Below are positions 32,487-41,995 of a stretch of DNA of 64,000 bases, piece by piece. The stretch's first letter is position 1, and every line of letters begins with the position of its first letter. The position numbers and the translations under genes were made by a program. A model generated the notes under the pieces. That model searched no databases, was not told the DNA's origin, and saw nothing but the letters and a program-made list of their open reading frames with translations. This stretch comes from Dehalococcoidia bacterium (lineage in GTDB: Bacteria > Chloroflexota > Dehalococcoidia > Lucifugimonadales > QGNO01), in NCBI GenBank assembly GCA_965220545.1, contig CBDCQF010000006.1, positions 5,408 to 69,407 on the forward strand. The letters are read 5' to 3'.

Positions 32487-33767
32487 ATGACCGCAATAGA
32501 CTTATCGCAAGACCTGATTGCTCTGGGAGAGAATGCCAGGGCCGCATCGCGCCTGCTGGCCAAGGTGAACGCCCAGGCCAAGAACAGGGCGTTGCTTAAT
32601 ATTGCGGACGCCCTGGTATCCCGCCAGGAAGAGGTGCTGGAGGCCAACCGCGCCGACTACGAAGCCGCCCAGCACAAGGGCCCCGTCGAGGCTCCACTGG
32701 ATCGCTTGCTGCTCACTGCGGAGCGGCTTGCCGCCATGGCCGACGACGTGCGGAGTATCCAAAGGCTGACCGATCCCGTTGGAGAGCAGTTCGACGTGAG
32801 GACGTTGCCCAACGGCCTCATTTTGGGCAAACGGCGGGTGCCTCTGGGCGTGATTGGAGCCATCTACGAAAGCCGGCCAAACGTCACCGTGGATATAGCC
32901 GCGCTCTGCCTCAAGGCTGGCAACGCCGTCATACTGCGCGGAGGTACGGAGGCGTTCAATTCCAACAGGGCGCTGGCCGGATTGATAAGGGACGCCATAG
33001 CCGAAGCGGGCTTGCCGGTTGACGCCGTGCAGTTCGTGGAGAACACGGACCGGGCATTGGTGGCGCAGATGCTGCGAATGAACCAGTACATAGACCTGAT
33101 GATTCCCAGGGGCGGGTCTGGACTGATTCGGCTTGTCTCCGAAGAAGCTGCCATGCCCGCGGTGACGGGAGGTATCGGTGTGTGCCATACCTACGTTGAT
33201 GCCGCTGCGGACCTGGACAAAGCGGTGGCCATTGCCTTCAATGCCAAGGTGCAACGGCCAACCGTGTGCAATGCCCTGGATACACTGCTTGTCCATTCAA
33301 AGATAGCGCCGGAGTTCCTGCCCAACATAGCCGGTGAATGGCTCAAGGCCGGGGTCACTCTACACGTAGACAACCGCGCAATGAGCATTTTGGGCCCGAT
33401 GGAGGAGCCGCGTATTGTTCCCGCGGAGAAATGCGACTGGGGCAACGAGTACCTATCGCTGGACGCCGCGGTCAGGGTGGTCGACTCTCTGGATGAAGCT
33501 TTGCTGCACATAGAGGAGTACGGCTCGGGCCATTCCGAGGCGGTAGTCACGGACGACTACTCGGCGGCGATGCGTTTCCTGGATGAGGTGGACGCCGCGG
33601 CCGTATTCGTCAATGCCAGCACCCGCTTCACCGACGGCGCTGAGTTCGGCCTGGGCGCGGAGGTGGCAATCAGCACCGATAAGATGCACGCCCGCGGACC
33701 CATGGGCCTGCGAGAGATCACTTCTTACAAGTGGACAGTACTCGGCAACGGCCAAGTCAAAGCCTAG
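32487..33767 (+). CDS. proA: Gamma-glutamyl phosphate reductase
   Basis: IYESRPNVT, VCNALDTLLVH, NASTRFTDG, HARGPMGL. Confidence 0.96.
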   Translation: MTAIDLSQDLIALGENARAASRLLAKVNAQAKNRALLNIADALVSRQEEVLEANRADYEAAQHKGPVEAPLDRLLLTAERLAAMADDVRSIQRLTDPVGEQFDVRTLPNGLILGKRRVPLGVIGAIYESRPNVTVDIAALCLKAGNAVILRGGTEAFNSNRALAGLIRDAIAEAGLPVDAVQFVENTDRALVAQMLRMNQYIDLMIPRGGSGLIRLVSEEAAMPAVTGGIGVCHTYVDAAADLDKAVAIAFNAKVQRPTVCNALDTLLVHSKIAPEFLPNIAGEWLKAGVTLHVDNRAMSILGPMEEPRIVPAEKCDWGNEYLSLDAAVRVVDSLDEALLHIEEYGSGHSEAVVTDDYSAAMRFLDEVDAAAVFVNASTRFTDGAEFGLGAEVAISTDKMHARGPMGLREITSYKWTVLGNGQVKA

Positions 33768-33778
33768 GAAGGATAAAC

Positions 33779-34084
33779 ATGCCTGACTATTTCTTCGAGC
33801 GCGAGTGCCGCACGCCTTACTCGGAGGCGTTCCACATTCTGGAAGATGAAGCGCCCATAGGCCACCTGGACATGCACTTTACCCCTAACATGGTCCACGC
33901 CACCCTGTGCGTATCGGAAAGCCTGACCAGGGAAGCTATTGAAGAGCTTGTCCATACCATAGATGAGGAGCTGCTGGACGTGGTCGGCGTCGCCAGGGAA
34001 GAGTTCGTCGTACACGTACACCAGGGCCGCGAGTTGGGCATATACAGCAATCAGAGCTTCGGCCAGAACGGAGAGGGGCGCTAG
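33779..34084 (+). CDS. Hypothetical protein
   Basis: MPDYFFERECRTPYSEA...; AAGGA RBS just downstream of proA. Confidence 0.65.
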   Translation: MPDYFFERECRTPYSEAFHILEDEAPIGHLDMHFTPNMVHATLCVSESLTREAIEELVHTIDEELLDVVGVAREEFVVHVHQGRELGIYSNQSFGQNGEGR

Positions 34085-34138
34085 GCCGGCGCACCGATGT
34101 CGCTCCTGTGCAGACGGGAGCCCACACCCCCGCCTCCT

Positions 34139-34166
34139 TGGATGCCCGTCGTCACGGGCATGACGG
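34139..34166 (-). repeat. CGTC-tagged REP-like palindrome
   Basis: Minus strand CCGTCATGCCCGTGACGACGGGCATCCA. Confidence 0.65.
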
Positions 34167-34190
34167 TTATGGGAGCGGTGGGTACATGGT

Positions 34191-34559
34191 TCATATCGGC
34201 AACACTCTAACCCGGCTTCTGCTTTTGTCAACTACCACCAAGGCCCCGGAGGACAAGTCGGCCTCATGCTGATTGAGAGCCGCAACGACCAAGCTCTCCG
34301 AGTAATCCGGCAGGACGTTCTCTGTACGGAGTTGGAGCACACTAGGGCCGGCATTGTGCGTCAGCGCCAGCACGGCGCCGAAATCCATGTCGTGGGTGAA
34401 TACAACGTGTCGGTGCGCCACCGCCCAATCCATAATATCCCTGTCGCTGGCTCTTGGATCTCCAACGATGGACCAGTGCACTGCTTGCCATCCATGCTTG
34501 TTCAGCGTCGACACCCAATCGGGTGACAGGTTCATGTCCAATACGAGCTTTGGTCTCAC
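34191..34559 (-). CDS. DUF5615 PIN-like toxin
   Basis: KLVLDMNLSP, SDRDIMDWA, VFTHDMDFG, RVRVLPI; GTG start overlaps the antitoxin stop. Confidence 0.88.
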   Translation of the reverse strand: MRPKLVLDMNLSPDWVSTLNKHGWQAVHWSIVGDPRASDRDIMDWAVAHRHVVFTHDMDFGAVLALTHNAGPSVLQLRTENVLPDYSESLVVAALNQHEADLSSGALVVVDKSRSRVRVLPI

Positions 34560-34786
34560 GAGGTGGAGAGGGGGACTTCGCGTTCCTCCAGCCTCCAAGC
34601 GGCGTAGGCAAGGGATTGGTCGATGTCCTCCCGTTCAAGATACGGGTAGGACTTGAGGATTTCGGCAGGCGTGCGACCGGCCGCCAACAGGCCCACCACA
34701 GTTCCAACCGTCACACGCATTCCACGGATGCACGCCTTACCGCCCATGACTTCCGGGGCGATGGTAATTCTGTCCAGGGACTTCAT
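34556..34786 (-). CDS. DUF433 antitoxin
   Basis: RITIAPEVMGGKACIRGMRVTV...YPYLEREDI. Confidence 0.92.
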   Translation of the reverse strand: MKSLDRITIAPEVMGGKACIRGMRVTVGTVVGLLAAGRTPAEILKSYPYLEREDIDQSLAYAAWRLEEREVPLSTS

Positions 34787-34900
34787 ACTCTCTCCTTTCA
34801 GGATATTGTACCATAACGTCATGTTTGTTCCTTCTTCTGAAACCGCAGGCCAAGTAATGCAATTAAGCCGTTGGAGTCCACTTAGAACCAGTCCACTGCC

Positions 34901-34937
34901 GCCCGCTCATGGTGAGCGTGTCGAACCATGAGCGGGC
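34901..34937. repeat. REP-like palindrome (second family)
   Basis: GCCCGCTCATGGT-GAGCGTGTCGA-ACCATGAGCGGGC, 13-bp stem. Confidence 0.7.
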
Positions 34938-35017
34938 AAGAAGCCACCGGATGCAGCATCAATGGCAAACTGGGCTTTCCTAGTCTATGATGAGCTCAAA
35001 ACTTGGGAGGCGCAGAC

Positions 35018-35989
35018 ATGACTTGGTTGCCCACGGAAGAGCAGTTCCCATACGACAATCTGGATAGGTTGGTGCGGGTCAAGATGCGGCCCAAAGGTAT
35101 GGCCCAGTTCTACCTGGTTTCCGATTACATCTACTACGCAGCCAAGGGCGATAATCCCATATCCTTGGACATAGCCGCGGCGCTGGCGCCCCAGGAGTCG
35201 AAGAAGATAGGCATGTTTACCGGCGCCAGCTCGCCGGACCACTATCCCAACGGTGAGAACGATGGCCCGCTGGGCACCATAGTCCTTGCCAACGCTTTGC
35301 GCAAAATAGGGCATGACGTCAGCATCTTCATCGACCCCCAGCTTCAGCCCATAATCAACGCACTCATGGACTACTACGGGCAGAGCTATCCCCTGGTTAT
35401 CCTGGACATCGATTCGCCGGAGCGCAATATCGATGCCTCGTCCGGCTTGGACGTGGCAATTGCCGTGGAGAAGGCGGGGGTCAACCCCGCGGGTCATCTG
35501 CATTCCATCACCGGCACCACCCGCGACGGTACGCGAGCCAAGATAGACGATATCTTCCGCCGGGTTGAGGAAAACGGCGGCGTCACCATAAGCTGCGCCG
35601 ACGGCCACAACGAGATGGGGTTCGGCAAAGTGTACGACGCCGTGGCCAAGGTGGCTCCCTGGACCACCGAGTGCAAGTGCCCGTGCGGCCGTGGCGTCAT
35701 GTGCGCCACGCCGGTAAACCATCTGTACGTGACTTCCATTTCCAACTGGGGCGCCTATGCCGTTGTCGCCGCGCTGGCGTTGTACAACCGTGACGCCACG
35801 CTTCTGCATACCGACCAAGAGGAACGCGACATTGAGCAGCTGGCGCTGGACTATGACGTGCGGGACGGCTCGTTTGGTGTGGCCGGGCTCACCATGGACG
35901 GCGTGCCTTTGGAGGGGACGTTGGCCATGCTGGGTATGATGCGAAACCTGGTGGAGATATCGTTGAAGGAGTACCTGCGGAACTTCTAG
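35018..35989 (+). CDS. DUF4392 / D-glutamate cyclase-like protein
   Basis: ENDGPLG, AVEKAG, ADGHNEMGFG, SNWGAY and DG motifs. Confidence 0.75.
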   Translation: MTWLPTEEQFPYDNLDRLVRVKMRPKGMAQFYLVSDYIYYAAKGDNPISLDIAAALAPQESKKIGMFTGASSPDHYPNGENDGPLGTIVLANALRKIGHDVSIFIDPQLQPIINALMDYYGQSYPLVILDIDSPERNIDASSGLDVAIAVEKAGVNPAGHLHSITGTTRDGTRAKIDDIFRRVEENGGVTISCADGHNEMGFGKVYDAVAKVAPWTTECKCPCGRGVMCATPVNHLYVTSISNWGAYAVVAALALYNRDATLLHTDQEERDIEQLALDYDVRDGSFGVAGLTMDGVPLEGTLAMLGMMRNLVEISLKEYLRNF

Positions 35990-36035
35990 GAAGCTATACC
36001 GTATAATATCGACAGTTACACGAGGAGCTAATGCC

Positions 36036-36923
36036 ATGACCGTACTGCAAGGAGTAATTACGTCTCTGCTAACGCCGTTCACCGAAAGCCTACAGCTGGA
36101 TGAAGAAACGCTGGCCCAAGAGATCGGCTACCAGGTGGAAGCTGGCGTGCACGGCATCTGCGTGTTGGGCGGGACCGGCGAGTCGCTAAGCCTCACCTGG
36201 GAGGAACGCGAGCGCGTGGTGAGAGCGGCCGTACAGGCCGTCGATGGGAGAGTGCCCCTAATCGTAGGGTGCTTTGTACCCTTGGAAGAGGATCTGGTTG
36301 CTTTTGCCAACCGCGTCCAGGAGCTTGGCGCCAGCGCAATGATGCTGACGCCGCCGCCTTTCTACAAGGCAACGGTCTTTCATTTCCAACGGCTGTTGGA
36401 ACGCATAGCTGATCAGACGTCGCTGCCTCTGGTCATATACAACGCCCCCAAACGCGCCGGAGTCAACCTGACCGCCGCCGAGACCTGCCAGTTGGTGTCC
36501 GCAGTGGACTCCGTAGTCGGTGTCAAGGACGCCTCGGGAGGCATGACCGACCTGGTGAAGATAGGCCAATCTATGAACTCCAGGGCGTCGCTGCTCCAGG
36601 GCATGGACGATATCTTCCTACCGACCCTGGCCGCGGGCGGAAGAGGCGGTATCTTGGCGATGGCCTCTCCGCTGCCTGAGCTTCTGGTTAGCATCTACAA
36701 CGACTGGCAGTCGGGCGAGGTGGAGAGCGCCGTGGAGCGCCAGCTGGAACTGATACCGGTGATGAGCGTGGTCAACCGTGAGCCTATGCCCATCCTGGTC
36801 AAAGAGGCCATGAAAGTGGTTGGTCGTCCGATGGGCAACACGCGTCCCCCGCTCTACGAGCCTGCTCCGGAGAACAAGCGAGACCTCTGGTCGGCGATGG
36901 AGAAGCTGCTGGCCAGCTCCTAG
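36036..36923 (+). CDS. DapA-family (dihydrodipicolinate synthase-like) class I aldolase
   Basis: LTPF, GGTGES, PPFY, IYNAP, VGVKDASG (Schiff-base lysine). Confidence 0.88.
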   Translation: MTVLQGVITSLLTPFTESLQLDEETLAQEIGYQVEAGVHGICVLGGTGESLSLTWEERERVVRAAVQAVDGRVPLIVGCFVPLEEDLVAFANRVQELGASAMMLTPPPFYKATVFHFQRLLERIADQTSLPLVIYNAPKRAGVNLTAAETCQLVSAVDSVVGVKDASGGMTDLVKIGQSMNSRASLLQGMDDIFLPTLAAGGRGGILAMASPLPELLVSIYNDWQSGEVESAVERQLELIPVMSVVNREPMPILVKEAMKVVGRPMGNTRPPLYEPAPENKRDLWSAMEKLLASS

Positions 36924-38245
36924 AACCAGTCGCGGTAGAAGGTCTCGTACGGCACGTAAGGCGGCCGCGCCAGATGGGGCACCGGCAGCTTCACCGGTCC
37001 CGCCTCTCGTGAGGGCAGATAAACGCAGGCGGTGCCCGGAGCCTGTGTTTCGCCAACTTGGTTGACGCCGCTGATGCGTATGCCAATGGCGTGGTACTCC
37101 TGCTCGCCGGGAACAGCGCCTGGGCCGTCCTCGCCCTTCTGGGTCTCCTTGAATTTCTTCACGACTTCACCGCTGTATACGGTGGCGTCGCCGTAGTAGA
37201 CGGGCTTCCTGATGGCGATCTGCAGACGGCGAATGAATCCGTCGTCGCCCATCCAGTCGCTGAGCAGGCGCTGGGTCAGCTGTGTGCGCTGCACGCCGAA
37301 GTCGAATGACCCGGACTGGCCGCGATAGGCGGCAAGGACGGGGTCTTCGTGCTCCGCGCCGGGAGTCCAGGGCCAGCGGGTGATGGGATGCGTGCGGGTG
37401 TATTCGCCCTCCTCCTTGGCCCACTTGAAGGCGGGCTCGAAGGCGTTAGCCATTGCGGTGAGACCCGCGCCGACGGCACGGGGCACAGTCATGTCCTGCA
37501 ATGTCCAGGGCGGCACTACCAGGGGCCCCAGCTTCTCGCCTACCTCTACGTCTTCCCAGTAGAGCGTATTGTCGCCGCGGCGCTTCAGCGAGACCATTTG
37601 ATCGACCAACTCCTCTATCTGCTCGATGTTGTACTGAGAAGCCTTGCGCTCGTACATGAGGTGTTCGCCCAAGCGCTCGACGCTCATGGAGCGGGAGCCG
37701 CCCATGGTCTCAATGGGCACCATGATGAGCGTGCCGTAGGCTTTGCCGGGCAGATCACCGTGGGAGTTCCAGAAGTAGAGCTCCGTGATAAGGAACATAA
37801 GGTTGCCCCGTGACCCCTGCTTTTCAAAGAACTCCTTCATCACCTTGGTGGAGCGAAAGGGAGACGTACCGGGCTTAACCACGTCGAAAAATTCCCAGGC
37901 AGTCCCCGAAAAGAAGTTGGCTACGGGATACCCCTCAGGACGCTGAGCGCCGTGCGCGGAGATGCCGCGAATGAGGGCAAGGACGGGGCCGGGTGCAATC
38001 TGCATGCCATACTTGGTCTGTTTGCCGTATTCGGGGTTTGTGTACAGGGGGTTGTCGTCGCCGATGGCGTGTGCATATTTGGCGATGAACTCCGGTGAGA
38101 GGTTTATAGGAGATACAAAGGGCGGGCCCGACTGGTCGTATGGAGGCGGAGGCGGCACCCATTCCATGTTTTCCTGCTCCATGAGCTCGTGGGTCTTTTC
38201 TCTAAACTCATTGAGGGCTTCTTCAAAGGTCTGTGTTGTAGTCAC
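36920..38245 (-). CDS. Double hot-dog MaoC/FAS1-like dehydratase
   Basis: YAHAIGDDNPLYTNPEYG, LYWEDVEVGE, DWMGDDGFI, PVYYGD; GTG start after GGAGG. Confidence 0.8.
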   Translation of the reverse strand: MTTTQTFEEALNEFREKTHELMEQENMEWVPPPPPYDQSGPPFVSPINLSPEFIAKYAHAIGDDNPLYTNPEYGKQTKYGMQIAPGPVLALIRGISAHGAQRPEGYPVANFFSGTAWEFFDVVKPGTSPFRSTKVMKEFFEKQGSRGNLMFLITELYFWNSHGDLPGKAYGTLIMVPIETMGGSRSMSVERLGEHLMYERKASQYNIEQIEELVDQMVSLKRRGDNTLYWEDVEVGEKLGPLVVPPWTLQDMTVPRAVGAGLTAMANAFEPAFKWAKEEGEYTRTHPITRWPWTPGAEHEDPVLAAYRGQSGSFDFGVQRTQLTQRLLSDWMGDDGFIRRLQIAIRKPVYYGDATVYSGEVVKKFKETQKGEDGPGAVPGEQEYHAIGIRISGVNQVGETQAPGTACVYLPSREAGPVKLPVPHLARPPYVPYETFYRDWF

Positions 38246-38402
38246 GATGGCCTCCCTTTCCGGGTCCTTGGCGGCATCATAACTACTGCACTTCAAAGGG
38301 GCAAGCGGAAGTCCAAGGGAAGGGCCGGTCGATTCAGCAGGTTCTTGTATTAGCTCAGTCGCCTGATACAATGCCATTCAAACGAAGTTGGGAGGATGAA
38401 TT

Positions 38403-38723
38403 ATGCCAAAGTATCTTTTCCAGGCTGACTACTCCGTCGAAGGCACCGTGGGGCTGCTCCGCGAGGGCGGCACAGGCCGTCGCGCCATGTTCGAGAGCCT
38501 GTTCGCCGAACTGGGCGGAACTCTGGAGGCCTTCTATTATGCCTTTGGCAGGGAAGACCTGTACATGATTGTGGACCTGCCGGACGACGCTGCCGCGGTG
38601 ACGGCTTCTCTAAATGTGTCCGCCGCGGGCTCCGTCACCTTTGGAGCTACCGTCCTCATCACGCCGGAGACCGTTGACGAGGCGATACAGCGCAGCGTGA
38701 CCTACCGCCCGCCTGGAGCTTAG
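38403..38723 (+). CDS. GYD domain protein
   Basis: MPKYLFQADYS..G, LGGTLEAFYYAFGREDLYMIVDLPD, TVLITPE. Confidence 0.88.
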   Translation: MPKYLFQADYSVEGTVGLLREGGTGRRAMFESLFAELGGTLEAFYYAFGREDLYMIVDLPDDAAAVTASLNVSAAGSVTFGATVLITPETVDEAIQRSVTYRPPGA

Positions 38724-38809
38724 TCGGCCTGCCGGTGCGCTGACCCGCCAGGCCCAGATGCAGATAGTGCACCTGGGCTAACCGCTTGCGGCCTGTTCCA
38801 ATTGAATTT

Positions 38810-39967
38810 ATGACTTTGAAAGAGTCTCTGAGCCTGAAGAGTCGAATAGTGAGCCACGCCCGGGACTTGGGGTTCGAGATTGTACGAGTTACAACGGCGG
38901 ATCCCTTCCCCCAAGATGCCCAGTCGGCTGTCGACAGCATCAAGAAAGGGCATATGGATGGAATGCCCTGGTTCACCGAACAGCGGGTTGAGCGCGCCAG
39001 CGATCCGGAGAAGCTGTTGCCCGGCGCCAAGTCCATCATTGCCGTGGCCGTCAGCTATCTCCCGCAAGAAGAGGAGAATCGCACCGGCAGTTTGGCGGGC
39101 AGGGTGGCAAGGTACGCACAGTGGACGGATTACCATTCGGCCATGAAGAGCGGCCTGCGGAAGCTGGCCGACCGGCTGGAAGACATAGCCGGTACACCCG
39201 TGCGGAGCCGTGTTTTCGTCGATGACAGCTCCCTTCTGGAGAGGGCGGTCGTACGCAGGGCGGGGATAGGATGGTTCGGCAAGAACAGCAATATACTGAC
39301 CACATCTCACGGGTCGTGGGTATTTCTGGGAGCGCTGGTCACGGACCTGAGTCTGGAGCCTGACGAACCTCTGCTGAAGAACTGCGGCAGCTGTGCCACC
39401 TGCATTGAGGAGTGCCCCACGGGCGCAATAGTAGCGCCCTACGTCATCGACGCGCCCCGCTGTATCTCATACCTGACCATAGAGAACAGGGGAGCTATTC
39501 CAAGGGGTCTACGCCACCTGGTCGGCGATTGGGTGTTTGGCTGCGACATTTGCCAGGAGGTATGCCCTGTGAACCGTGGCGTGACCGGCAAATCGATGGT
39601 CGGTCTGAAGCGCACCGGGTTTTCCTGGCTGGAGCTTGTTCCTCTGTTGAGCATGTCTCAGGAGGAGTTCTCCGCCGGTTTCAAGGACTCTCCCATCAAG
39701 CGGGCTAAGCTGGCCGGGATGCAACGCAACGCTTGTGTGGCCTTGGGGAACATGGGAGACGCGCGAGCCGTGCCTGCTTTAGGAAGAGCATTGCTGGAAG
39801 GCAATCCCATGGTCAGGGCACACGCCGCCTGGGCGCTTGGCCGCATCGGGGGAAGCGCGGCTGAGCGGTTCCTGGAAGAGGCGGCGCTACAGGAGGACGA
39901 CCCCACGGTGAGGGAGGAGATAGAGGCGGCAAGGGCGGACATGGGGTCGTGGCAGGCCGAACGGTAA
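38810..39967 (+). CDS. queG: Epoxyqueuosine reductase with C-terminal HEAT repeats
   Basis: VARYAQWTDYH, GWFGKN, CGSCATCIEECPTGA, RCISYLTIE, FGCDICQEVCP. Confidence 0.93.
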   Translation: MTLKESLSLKSRIVSHARDLGFEIVRVTTADPFPQDAQSAVDSIKKGHMDGMPWFTEQRVERASDPEKLLPGAKSIIAVAVSYLPQEEENRTGSLAGRVARYAQWTDYHSAMKSGLRKLADRLEDIAGTPVRSRVFVDDSSLLERAVVRRAGIGWFGKNSNILTTSHGSWVFLGALVTDLSLEPDEPLLKNCGSCATCIEECPTGAIVAPYVIDAPRCISYLTIENRGAIPRGLRHLVGDWVFGCDICQEVCPVNRGVTGKSMVGLKRTGFSWLELVPLLSMSQEEFSAGFKDSPIKRAKLAGMQRNACVALGNMGDARAVPALGRALLEGNPMVRAHAAWALGRIGGSAAERFLEEAALQEDDPTVREEIEAARADMGSWQAER

Positions 39968-40050
39968 CGGGATTCCAGACGCATTCAAGCACGAGGGCAG
40001 CCGGGTGCTCCCTCAATCTGATTAACGTGTCCATTGCTGTCAGCAACGCA

Positions 40051-40079
40051 TTGTTAGTTTGAACAACAGAACCTACAAT
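40051..40079 (+). promoter_or_regulatory. Putative promoter for the ABC exporter
   Basis: TTGTTA-17 nt-TACAAT. Confidence 0.5.
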
Positions 40080-40154
40080 TATTAATGGTGTCCTTTTGAG
40101 TGAGGACATTCGTGGTAGGACTCAAGAAGTGTTCCCCATAGCAAGGAGGTAGGA

Positions 40155-41126
40155 TTGAACGAGTTTGCCATTTCCACGGAAGGGCTGGTGCGCCGCTACG
40201 GGCAGCTCGCGGCGGTGGATGGGGTGGACCTGGGCGTGAAGAAAGGCGAGATTTACGGCTTCCTTGGCCCCAACGGAGCGGGAAAGACCACGGTGTTGAG
40301 GATATTGACCACGCTGCTCATGCCGTCTGAAGGAAGGGCGTTTGTAGCGGGCAGAGATGTGGTTCATGAACCTGTGGAGGTGCGGCTGCGCATAGGGGCG
40401 GCGCTCCAAGAGGCTACACTGGACAACAAACAGACCGGTCGAGAACTGTTGATACTGCAGGCCCGGCTCTACGGGCTGCGGCGCGGCGATGCAAAAAGGC
40501 GCATATCGGAGCTTGAACCGCTCATGGACATTGGGGACGCCGTAGACCGGCAAATAGGCACCTATTCGGGCGGAATGAAGCGCCGCTTGGATCTGGCGGC
40601 GGCGCTGGTGCACAACCCGGAGATACTGTTCCTCGACGAGCCTACCACCGGCCTGGACCCGATAAGCCGGGCCAAAGTATGGGAGGAGGTGCACCGCATC
40701 AACAAGGAGCACGGCGTGACCATATTCCTCACCACGCAGTATTTGGATGAGGCGGATGAGCTTGCCGATAGGGTAGGGATCATCAACAGAGGAAGGCTGG
40801 CGGCGGAGGGAAGTCCCGGAGACCTGAAGAGGTCGGTGGGGTCGGATCTGATCATAGTCAGGGTGGACGGAGACCCCGACATAGATTGTGATGCGCTGAG
40901 AAGCTTGAGGAGCGTCGGTCAGGTGGAAGCCTACGGCAGCGAACTGACCATCAGGCTCAAGGACGGCGCGAAGCACGTGAGCCGGGTGGCGCTGGCGCTG
41001 AATGAGTGCGGCGTGGACGTGCAGGAGCTGACGCTCCGTACTCCCACGCTAGACGACGTTTTTCTACAGGCGGTGGGCGTTCGCATGGAGGAAGAGGAGC
41101 AGACTACCGAGGAGGCACAGGTATGA
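40155..41126 (+). CDS. ABC-2 exporter ATP-binding subunit (DrrA-like)
   Basis: GPNGAGKT, YSGGMKRRLDLA, FLDEPTTGLDP; AAGGAGG RBS before TTG. Confidence 0.92.
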   Translation: MNEFAISTEGLVRRYGQLAAVDGVDLGVKKGEIYGFLGPNGAGKTTVLRILTTLLMPSEGRAFVAGRDVVHEPVEVRLRIGAALQEATLDNKQTGRELLILQARLYGLRRGDAKRRISELEPLMDIGDAVDRQIGTYSGGMKRRLDLAAALVHNPEILFLDEPTTGLDPISRAKVWEEVHRINKEHGVTIFLTTQYLDEADELADRVGIINRGRLAAEGSPGDLKRSVGSDLIIVRVDGDPDIDCDALRSLRSVGQVEAYGSELTIRLKDGAKHVSRVALALNECGVDVQELTLRTPTLDDVFLQAVGVRMEEEEQTTEEAQV

Positions 41127-41917
41127 CCAGCGCGCCAGTTGAGATGAAAGCTAGGAAGGCAGGCTTTCTCAACGACTTGATTTCAGTGGCGGAGAGGGCG
41201 TTGCGTTCCATACTCCGTGACCCGGAGGGGACTATACCGCCGTTGGTCTTCCCTGTTTTCTTTTTTGCCATGACGGTGGGCTCGTTGCAGGTTATGGCGG
41301 AGGGGATACCGGGCATGGACTTCAAGGCATTCCAGTTGCCGGTGGCCATCATTTTCGCCGTAACGGGAGTGTCGCGGGCCATAGTGCTGGTGACGGACAT
41401 ACAGTCTGGTTACTTCGATAGGCTGTCGCTGACGCCGGCGAACCGGCTGGCGTTGCTGCTTGGGCTGATGGTGGCTGATTTCGCCCTCGTGTCAGCTTTG
41501 ACGTTGCCCGTGCTCATCATGGGCTTGATTGTAGGAGTGAGCGTAGAGACAGGCGTGCTTGGTTTGCTGGTGTTTGTCTTGATAACCGGAATATGGGGAG
41601 TGGTGTTTACCGGTTTCCCCTATGCAATAGCCCTCAAGACGGGAAACGTAGCTACGGTGAATGTTAGCTTCCTGCTGTTTTTCCCATTCCTCTTCATGAC
41701 CCCCGTGTTCCTGCCCCGCGAGGCAATGACCGGCTGGATGGCTACTGTGACGGGCTACAACCCGATCACCTATATACTGGACGCTTTGCGGTCGCTGCTC
41801 ATAGTGGGCTGGGAGTGGGACGTGCTGGGAAAGGGCATGCTGTCCATCCTCGGTGTGGGGGTGGTGAGCATCGGGCTAGCGTTGGCGGCGCTCAAGGGCA
41901 GAGCAACGCGAAAGTAG
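41123..41917 (+). CDS. ABC-2 exporter permease (DrrB-like)
   Basis: Hydrophobic helices, DIQSGYFDRL, NPITY..DALR; ATGA overlap. Confidence 0.88.
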   Translation: MTSAPVEMKARKAGFLNDLISVAERALRSILRDPEGTIPPLVFPVFFFAMTVGSLQVMAEGIPGMDFKAFQLPVAIIFAVTGVSRAIVLVTDIQSGYFDRLSLTPANRLALLLGLMVADFALVSALTLPVLIMGLIVGVSVETGVLGLLVFVLITGIWGVVFTGFPYAIALKTGNVATVNVSFLLFFPFLFMTPVFLPREAMTGWMATVTGYNPITYILDALRSLLIVGWEWDVLGKGMLSILGVGVVSIGLALAALKGRATRK

Positions 41918-41927
41918 GGCTTACCAA

Positions 41928-41954
41928 CCGTCATGCCCGCGCAGGCGGGCATCC
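41928..41954 (+). repeat. CGTC-tagged REP-like palindrome
   Basis: CCGTCATGCCCGCGCAGGCGGGCATCC. Confidence 0.7.
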
Positions 41955-41995
41955 GGGGATCGTGGTGCGTAGTGAGCACCTTTGTCCTCCGCTCG

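Noticed and set aside
30554-34786. Two TA modules as evidence of a prophage or integrative element
   Set aside because: They flank housekeeping proBA, with no integrase, att repeats or phage genes; they look like independent small insertions
40095-40126. HspR HAIR operator (TTTGAGT...ACTCAAG)
   Set aside because: Spacer is 18 nt rather than 7, and the site is not at a heat-shock gene
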